This document shows, one piece after another, positions 20,644-28,071 of a DNA stretch of 64,000 nucleotides (its first letter is position 1; the number at the start of each line of letters is the position of its first letter). The stretch spans positions 124,001-188,000 of the forward strand of contig CP060766.1 in NCBI GenBank assembly GCA_023205875.1, given 5' to 3'. Source of the stretch: Chloropicon primus (lineage: Eukaryota). The notes beneath the pieces were generated by a model that was not told where the DNA came from, did no database searches, and worked only from the letters and a program-made list of their open reading frames with translations. A program made the position numbers and the translations under genes.

Positions 20644-22287
20644 TCAATCCCTCGAGACGTCGTCCAAAACGTAAAGCTTGCCGTTGCACGCCTCCGCGTG
20701 GCCCGTTATCTTCAGGGATCCGTTCACGATGAGATCAAAGGGAGGGGCTTTCCCCCCCATCTTGGGGTCGGCGCTCGGGTAGACCTTCATCCTGTCCCCG
20801 TTCAAGCTCTGGATGGTGAATCCAACATCGAGCTCGCTCTTGGGCCTGCACGCGCCGCAGCTTCTCGGGCAGTAACCACTCGAAACCCAAGGATTCTCGC
20901 AGAACCCGAGCCTCTTGGCGGTCGCGCAATTCGTGATGTTCTTCAAGTCGTCCAGCTCCACGTCCTTGAGGGAGACATCGGAGCAGTTCGATCGAAAGTT
21001 GTCGAGGCTCACGTCCCCTAAGAAAACAAAGTCCCGGGGGTCCACTGCCGCCGCGGTGGCATTCGCCCCTCGCGTTTCCTTCTGCATGCCCCTGATAGCC
21101 TTGTTGCTGGGGGCAAACACGGTGACCTTCCCCAGGCTGGAGAGGAGGTCGTGCAGGCCCGCGCCGTTCGCCGCGTCGAGGAAAGTGCTGAGGCCCCGCT
21201 TCTTCGCCAAAGCAAGCAAGCTCTCGGCTCCGTCCTGCTTGCACTGGTACTTGAAGGGCATGACCAGCTTGTTCACGACATCCAGCTCTCCGTTACACGC
21301 CGCGACGTTCTCCTCGAGGATCAAGGTCTCCTGGTCGATCAGAAGCCATTCCGACCCGGAGTTGGAGCCCCCCGCCTCCGTGGACAGGGGGCGCAGAGTC
21401 CTCCCGGCCGTCACGTTCAAGGTCGTCCCGGCAAGCGTCTCGAGTCTCTCCCTCACGTTCGAGGAATTTCGGGCTTCCCCCTCGTCTCCCAGCGTCTCGA
21501 CCAGGTGGTTCGCCATGACTTCCCTCATGAATGGCTTGGAGAGCAGGTTGTCCACCGTGGTGTTGAAAGCGTTTGCGGCCCTGTCAAACGCGTCGTTTGT
21601 GGGGGCGAGGACAGTGTACTTCCTCTTGCGCCCCTCGATGTCGTCCTTCAAGTTGGTGACCTCCAGGGCCTTGGCGAACGTGGTCAGATTCTTCTCCCTC
21701 GCGATCGCCAGGATGTCCTTGGAGTCTGGCTTCTGGCAGAAGGGCTCGTACTCCTGCGGCTGGAGGACCAGCTCACCGCCCTTGCCCATGTTCTCGGGGC
21801 ACTCGACCGGCCTCCACGAGGTCGAGATCACGCCGCCGCCGTGGTTCCCGATCTCCCCGAACCCCCAGAAGCTGAGGTCAAAGTGAGGGGCGTCACCGCA
21901 GCACCAACGATTGCAAGGACACTTGTCGGTGACCATGACGATAAGAGAGGCGTTGAGCCTGTCGCTTCGGCAGTTGTACCTCGGACCCTCGCGGCACTTG
22001 ATCTCGAAGCAGCGGCCGCAATTCGTGTAACGCCAATCGCCGCCAAAGCCCTCCCAGATGGAGAGCGCTGCGATGTACCTCGGAGACGGTATCCCGCCGT
22101 ACATGCAGTGGCCCTGGTCAATCGAGTAAGGATCCCCGTTGTACCCCGAGTTGCCGTAAAACGTCGCCCTTCCCTCCTGCCAATCGCCAAGAGCCAGCTG
22201 GTCCAGCCCCGGCTCCGCCACGGGCTTTGCAAGTGCTGGCAGCAAGGCCAAGGCCGCGACCGCCATCAGGGTAAACGCACGACGCAT
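20644..22287 (-). CDS. Secreted expansin-like (DPBB) + two fasciclin (FAS1) domains with ShKT-like insert
   Basis: Signal peptide MRRAFTLMAVAALALLPALA. W..GRATFYG, CGRCFEIKC, VMVTDKCP, HFDLS. FAS1 motifs YTVLAPTNDAF / NGELDVVNKL and VTVFAPSNKAI / NGKLYVLDDV. Six-Cys ShKT-like CSD...C...K..GFC..PW...GYCPRSCGAC. Confidence 0.8.
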   Translation of the reverse strand: MRRAFTLMAVAALALLPALAKPVAEPGLDQLALGDWQEGRATFYGNSGYNGDPYSIDQGHCMYGGIPSPRYIAALSIWEGFGGDWRYTNCGRCFEIKCREGPRYNCRSDRLNASLIVMVTDKCPCNRWCCGDAPHFDLSFWGFGEIGNHGGGVISTSWRPVECPENMGKGGELVLQPQEYEPFCQKPDSKDILAIAREKNLTTFAKALEVTNLKDDIEGRKRKYTVLAPTNDAFDRAANAFNTTVDNLLSKPFMREVMANHLVETLGDEGEARNSSNVRERLETLAGTTLNVTAGRTLRPLSTEAGGSNSGSEWLLIDQETLILEENVAACNGELDVVNKLVMPFKYQCKQDGAESLLALAKKRGLSTFLDAANGAGLHDLLSSLGKVTVFAPSNKAIRGMQKETRGANATAAAVDPRDFVFLGDVSLDNFRSNCSDVSLKDVELDDLKNITNCATAKRLGFCENPWVSSGYCPRSCGACRPKSELDVGFTIQSLNGDRMKVYPSADPKMGGKAPPFDLIVNGSLKITGHAEACNGKLYVLDDVSRD

Positions 22288-22720
22288 TGCGTCAAGTGCC
22301 ACACGAATCGAGAGCCCTCGCCCCGCAGTCTCGCTCTGTCCCGCCCCCCAACTCGCTGCTTCTTTCGTTCCCGTCATGAACTTCCACTTCCACTTCCCTC
22401 ACTCGGCCGTTACGTTCTCTTTCTCCCCCCTCACTCCCCCCTGTGAGGTGGAGGGAGCTGGAGCCAAGATCTTTGCGGCGGGCGGGTCATGAAAACGCTG
22501 TGGTTGTTCAGTCCAGTCCGGTTCAGAGAGAGAGAAGGAGGTGGATGGGTGGCGGCTCTTCCGTCCGTCTCCGATGTCGATGACGAGAGGCCATCCGAAG
22601 CCACCAGGAAGGAGCCCGGGCCCAAAAGAGAGACACGCATTGCGCAAAAAAAGACTTAGGTTTTTGTTCAAGAGAGAGGTTCCAAAAGAAAGAAAAGAAA
22701 AAGCGTGCTGCAAGTTGTCC

Positions 22721-23356
22721 TCACTTGTCTCCCCCTTCCGCGGCGGCAGGAGCGGCGGGTGCCTTGATCCTGGGTTCCTTGCCCGCTTTGGCGTCCGCGT
22801 ACCCCTCGTTGTAGCCCCTCAACAGACCGATGTTCCTCCCGTCGTTGAAGGCCAGCTCCATGTAGTTGGTCGGGATGACGGTGCCGTTGGGCAGCTTGAG
22901 GTCCACGGGAGCCAGCAGGATCTTCTCCTGGTCCGGGGGGAGCTTATTGGCGTCGGACTGCAGGAGCTTCCTCCGTCCTCCGTCTCCCGAGGCTTCCTCC
23001 CCCTCGCTCCCGTCGCTCCCGTCGCTCCCGTCCTCGCCGGGCGGCGGCATGAGGGGAAACTTGGGCTCCGCGTTCGCCTTGCCGTCCGCGTACCCCATGA
23101 CGTACCCCTCCGCGAAGCCCTTGGAGATGCCGTTCTGGAAGGCGAGCTCAACCCTCGACGTCTCCACCTCCTTCCCGTCCGCGAGCTTGACCTTGATCTT
23201 CTGCTCGAGGAGCTTCTTCGTGGCCTCCGGGGGAGGCGGAACGGTGATCCCCTCCTCCATCGTTTCATTCTTCCCCATGCCCGCCTCCTCTTGCGCCACC
23301 GCGCCCGCAACGAGCACGGCCGCGCACAGGGCGGCACAGACCCACGCTCTCGACAT
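22721..23356 (-). CDS. Secreted two-module precursor with a GGRRKLLQ processing site
   Basis: ATG at 23356, signal peptide ending AVA-Q, two homologous ~55-aa modules either side of DGGRRKLLQ. Confidence 0.8.
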   Translation of the reverse strand: MSRAWVCAALCAAVLVAGAVAQEEAGMGKNETMEEGITVPPPPEATKKLLEQKIKVKLADGKEVETSRVELAFQNGISKGFAEGYVMGYADGKANAEPKFPLMPPPGEDGSDGSDGSEGEEASGDGGRRKLLQSDANKLPPDQEKILLAPVDLKLPNGTVIPTNYMELAFNDGRNIGLLRGYNEGYADAKAGKEPRIKAPAAPAAAEGGDK

Positions 23357-23880
23357 CTTCACGCCCGACGTACGACCACCGACCACTCTCCTTAGCCGCT
23401 CCAAAACCCTACACTGCAAGAGCAAGAAGAGCAAGCGGAACAAGACGAAGCGCCAATCGACTATGAGCGTGTCGTTGAAACCCTCCGACCTCTCGTGGCT
23501 CGATCCCTTTGGCTTGGTGTTGCACACCCCTTGGTCTCCCCTCCTCCTCGCCCGGTCGTTCGTAACGCGCGGTCGTCCGTTACTCCTTCGAGGTTCTCGT
23601 ACAATAGGAGCTCCGGCGCTGCAAGGTTTGGTTGCTCGAGACGAAAAAGATATTAGCGGCGAGGCGCCTTTTGCTTGACGAAGACCGAAGGGAGAGAAGG
23701 TTGCGTTGGTTGTGGAACGGACCAAGGAAGGCGACGGGGAACGGAAGCATCTTCACTTTCACTTTCACTTGCGCTATCGAATTGGCGAGGTCCGACGACG
23801 ACGACGACGGCGACGACGCAAGAGAAAGAGAGAGAGAGAGAGAGGTACGCACAAAGGGAGGGAGGGATTGAGGTGACGAT

Positions 23881-24879
23881 ATGAGGAAGCACGGGATCCT
23901 TGCGATGTTTTGGGCCTTGGGCATCTTGGCCGTGGCCTTCGCCGGAGTGGCTGCTGGGGATGAAGCGGAGTCTGCGCCCCCGGCGATGGTGGTGGATGAC
24001 GGCAACGCGACCGATGTCATGAACGCCACCATGAACGCCACCATGAACGCCACGACGGAGATGGCGAACGACACCATCGCCGCCACCGAGGAGGAGGAGG
24101 AGCCCGCCAGCAGCGACGACGGGCGCAGGCTGCTGAGGAAGCTCCTCCAGTCGGACGACGACGGCCAGCCGGATCTCACCGATCTCGCGGAGGGCCTCCT
24201 CCCCCAGCTGGAGAAGATCCCGCCCAACGTGGACCTCACGGACCTCGCGGAGCTGGAGGCGGACGCCCCCGCGTTCGAGAACGCCCCCTTTCCCGCGTCC
24301 GGCGTGGACTTTGAGGCGGGCCCCGAGGGGGACCTGGTGGAGTCTGCGCCCCCGGCGATGGTGGTGGATGACGGCAACGCGACCGATGCGATGAACGCCA
24401 CCATGAACGCCACGACGGAGATGGCGAACGACACCATCGCCGCCACCGAGGAGGAGGAGGAGGAGCCCGCCAGCAGCGACGACGGCCGCAGACTGCTGAG
24501 GAAGCTCCTCCAGTCGGACGACGACGGCCAGCCGGATCTCACCGATCTCGCGGAGGGCCTCCTCCCCCAGCTGGAGAAGATCCAGCCCAACGTGGACCTC
24601 ACAGACCTCGCGGAGCTGGAGGCGGACGCCCCCGCGTTCGAGAACGCCCCCTTTCCCGCGTCCGGCGTGGACTTTGAGGCGGGCCCCGAGGGGGACCTGG
24701 TGGAGTCTGCGCCCCCGGCGATGGTGGTGGATGACGGCAACGCGACCGATGCGATGAACGCCACCATGAACGCCACGACGGAGATGGCGAACGACACCAT
24801 CGCCGCCACCGAGGAGGAGGAGGAGGAGCCCGCCAGCAGCGACGACGGGCGCCGCAAGCTCTTGATCTTGGTCCCTTGA
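23881..24879 (+). CDS. Secreted acidic repeat polyprotein precursor (121-aa repeats, DDGRRLLRKLLQ sites)
   Basis: Signal peptide; 363-nt internal repeat period (GACGAC at 24115, 24478, 24841); many N-x-T sequons. Confidence 0.85.
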   Translation: MRKHGILAMFWALGILAVAFAGVAAGDEAESAPPAMVVDDGNATDVMNATMNATMNATTEMANDTIAATEEEEEPASSDDGRRLLRKLLQSDDDGQPDLTDLAEGLLPQLEKIPPNVDLTDLAELEADAPAFENAPFPASGVDFEAGPEGDLVESAPPAMVVDDGNATDAMNATMNATTEMANDTIAATEEEEEEPASSDDGRRLLRKLLQSDDDGQPDLTDLAEGLLPQLEKIQPNVDLTDLAELEADAPAFENAPFPASGVDFEAGPEGDLVESAPPAMVVDDGNATDAMNATMNATTEMANDTIAATEEEEEEPASSDDGRRKLLILVP

Positions 24880-25095
24880 AGATGGGGAGAGGGTCCTCCT
24901 GTAAAACCAAGCTAATTTTCATTGTTCTTTCAATTTTCGGACGTCTTGTTATTCTCAGACTGGGGCCAGAATCCCTATCGACCAAGAGAGGGGAACGAAA
25001 CCAACTTGCTGGATAATGCTGTGGTAAAAGAAAGAATTTGTCTTGGTACTACAGTTTGCTCTGGTTCTTGAGAGTTAACCTGCGGCCGCACTTGC

Positions 25096-26070
25096 TTACA
25101 ATCTCAACTTCCTGCGTCCGTCGTCGCTCACAGGCTCCTCCTCGGGGGCGGCGATGGTGTCGTTCGCCATGTCGGTGTCGTTCATCGTCATGTTCATGTC
25201 GCCGGTCATGTTCATCATCGCATCGGTGGCGTTCATCGCATCAGCAGGCATGTCCATGTCGTCGTCGTCGTCGTCGCTGTGGTCGTGGTCATCTTCCTCG
25301 CCGAGGAGCTTCCTGAGGAGCAGCCTGCGTCCGTCGTCGCTCACAGGCTCCTCCTCGGGGGCGGCGATGGTGTCGTTCGCCATGTCGGTGGAGTTCATCG
25401 TCATGTTCATGTCGCCGGTCATGTTCATCATCGCATCGGTGGCGTTCATCGCATCGGCAGGCATGTCCATGTCGTCGTCGTCGTCGTCGCTGTGGTCGTG
25501 GTCATCTTCCTCGCCGAGGAGCTTCCTGAGGAGCAGCCTGCGTCCGTCGTCGCTCACAGGCTCCTCCTCGGGGGCGGCGATGGTGTCGTTCGCCATGTCG
25601 GTGGAGTTCATCGTCATGTTGCCCTCGGTCCCGTTGGTCATGTTGCCCTGGACACCCGCGATGAAGTCGTTCACCCTCTCGGCGCCCGCCTGGAGGGTGT
25701 CGTTGACCTTGTTGACCACCTCGTTCGTCTTGTCGACGACCTTGCCAGCAACGTCCTTGGCCTTGTCCACCGCACCGGAAGCGGTCTCCTTGGCATTGTC
25801 CACCGCGCCGGAGACGGCGTCCGAGAGCGACTGCTGGAGCCTCCTGCGCCCGTCGTCGCTCACAGGCTCCACGCCCCCGGCCGTCTCGGTGATGGTGTCG
25901 TTCGCCATCTCCGTCGCGTTCATCGTCGCGTTCATCGTCGCGTTCATCGCATCGGTCGTCGCGTTCATCATGGCGTCGACGCCGGGCATCGCGTCCTCGC
26001 ACGACACGCCCGCCAGGGCAATCCCCGACACGAGCAAGCACACCATCGCAGCTCTCCTTCCCATCACCAT
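25096..26070 (-). CDS. Secreted Met/Asp/His-rich polyprotein precursor (71-aa repeats, DDGRR sites)
   Basis: Signal peptide; four DDGRR sites; 213-nt repeat period (25115, 25328, 25541); ends DDGRRKLRL*. Confidence 0.85.
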   Translation of the reverse strand: MVMGRRAAMVCLLVSGIALAGVSCEDAMPGVDAMMNATTDAMNATMNATMNATEMANDTITETAGGVEPVSDDGRRRLQQSLSDAVSGAVDNAKETASGAVDKAKDVAGKVVDKTNEVVNKVNDTLQAGAERVNDFIAGVQGNMTNGTEGNMTMNSTDMANDTIAAPEEEPVSDDGRRLLLRKLLGEEDDHDHSDDDDDDMDMPADAMNATDAMMNMTGDMNMTMNSTDMANDTIAAPEEEPVSDDGRRLLLRKLLGEEDDHDHSDDDDDDMDMPADAMNATDAMMNMTGDMNMTMNDTDMANDTIAAPEEEPVSDDGRRKLRL

Positions 26071-26448
26071 TGTCCTCGTCCTCGTCGTTGTAATCCCCCT
26101 AGCAAGGCAAGGAGCCCACCGAGCAAGCAGCGAGAGGGTCGGGTCAGCCGGCCGGAAAGAAGAAGAAGAAGAAGAAGGCGGAGGAGGAGGGCGATTGAGG
26201 ATTGGCGATTGGCGAGGGCGAGGTACTCACTCGTTGTGTTGGCCTTGTTCGCCGCCGTCGTCTTGTATTGTGAGAGGCTAAGTCAAACCCCAAGGTCAAA
26301 CCCTAATTCGTGATCCTCGTCGTCGAATCAACGGAGGAGGAGAGATCCCGAGATTCTTAGAAGCGATTTCTACACGAAGGAGATTTTCGAGACAAACCAA
26401 AGGAATGGGGTTCCTGATGCGCCGTTACAGAGAGATTCAGATTGTAAC

Positions 26449-26935
26449 GCACAAGAGAGGGGAACGAAAACGAAGCGAAGCGAGGATCACGGCCGTGACC
26501 TTGCCTTGCCTTGATCGAAGGAAAGGCGGCTTTATCGATGCAAGGGGTTGGACTGCTACTACGATGGAAAGACTGCAAACGTTGCTCATGCACACAAAAG
26601 AAAGACGTCCTCTCCCGACCGGGACGATGCACAAGAGAGGGGGACGAAAACGAAGCGAAGCGAGGATCAGGCCGTGACCTTGCCTTGCCTTGATCGAAGG
26701 AAAGGCGGCTTTATCGATGCAAGGGGTTGGACTGCTACTACGATGGAAAGACTGCAAACGTTGCTCATGCACACAAAAGAAAGACGTCCTCTCCCGACCG
26801 GGACGATGCACAAGAGAGGGGGACGAAAACGAAGCGAAGCGAGGATCAGGCCGTGACCTTGCCTTGCCTTGATCGAAGGAAAGGCGGCTTTATCGATGCA
26901 AGGGGTTGGACTGCTACTACGATGGAAAGACTGCA
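26449..26935. repeat. ~179-bp tandem repeat, ~2.7 near-identical copies
   Basis: Units start at 26449, 26629 and 26808; the ORF track repeats identical translations at 179-bp offsets. Confidence 0.95.
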
Positions 26936-26970
26936 TCATCCTATTCATCCTATTCATTCATTCATCATTC

Positions 26971-27576
26971 TCATGGTGCGTCCGCGGGGACGGGGATGCA
27001 GGCCCCGCCCCCGCGGCCGTTGTAGACCAGCCTCCCGCTGTCTCGGAAGAGCTTGAAGGTGTCGATGGCCTCGTCCTTCAGAATGTTGTCGAAGAACTCG
27101 ATCCCGCGCTTGGCGAGCTCCTTGGCGTTGTCGATCCGGGGGCCCTCGTCGAAGCCCGTTATCTCCTCGAGGCTCCCGTCTGACCCGGCTATGGCGAGGG
27201 ACGTCACGCCGGACCAAAGGGTGGCCCCAAAACACATGCAGCAAGGCAACCAATTCACGACCAATTGGTGGTCGGGAAGGCCCTCTCCACCCAGATCATG
27301 CACGCCGAGCCTCTTCTGGGCCAGGGCGATCGCCATGACCTCCGCGTGCGCGGTCGAGCAGCGGCCGGGAACCACGCGATTGACGCCGATGGACACCACC
27401 CTTCCCGTCTTGAGCTCGAACACCCCCGCCGCGAAAGGACCTCCCGTGTCGTGCTCCACGTTCAGCCTCGCAAACCTGTGCACGACGCGCATCCTCTCCT
27501 CCAGAGTCTTCAGGTATTCCGGCAGCTTCTTCTGCTCCCCCTCCGCCCAGTCCGGCATCGCGACGCCGAACTCCAT
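26971..27576 (-). CDS. Zn-dependent nucleoside deaminase (cytidine/deoxycytidylate deaminase superfamily)
   Basis: GGPFAA.VF, GVN, HAE and PCCMC motifs, GFDEGP; intronless. Confidence 0.88.
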   Translation of the reverse strand: MEFGVAMPDWAEGEQKKLPEYLKTLEERMRVVHRFARLNVEHDTGGPFAAGVFELKTGRVVSIGVNRVVPGRCSTAHAEVMAIALAQKRLGVHDLGGEGLPDHQLVVNWLPCCMCFGATLWSGVTSLAIAGSDGSLEEITGFDEGPRIDNAKELAKRGIEFFDNILKDEAIDTFKLFRDSGRLVYNGRGGGACIPVPADAP

Positions 27577-28071
27577 CTCTCTCTCGTTCGTCCTCGCCAG
27601 GCCGCCGTTTCTTTCGAGCGACGGCTCTTTCGAAAGAGCAAGGGACGAACCTTCCGTCTGTTTGGTCCTCCGTCTCTCTCCCTCTCTCTCTCCCTCTCTC
27701 TCTCCCCGCCGCGCGCTCCCGTCCTCGTTCGCCCTCGCCCTTGTACTCGCCCGTTATGCTCTGCACAAGGGAGAATCCCACCAGACAAGAGAGGGGAAGG
27801 GAACGAGGAGGTGTGTGTTGATGAATCAGGTCGATGACAGACGTTGTCTTGGTTAAGAATTGGCATGGATCCAATCGACGACGTGCTGGTGCTTGCTGTA
27901 CCCCCGCCTCTCTTCTGCATTGTCCAAGCAAAAGCAACATCAACTAGTGAAGTGTTATTACGCAAAGGCTTGGAGGAAAGGATCTATCCTATATCAAAAA
28001 ATCATTTATCCATTGTGAAAACAAGAAAGAAGAAAAAGTATCTAAAGTTACTCCACATCATCAATCACCGA

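Noticed and set aside
26449..26935. Possible CRISPR array or coding repeats
   Set aside because: Units are contiguous and identical with no unique spacers, the context is eukaryotic, and the short ORFs shift frame between units.
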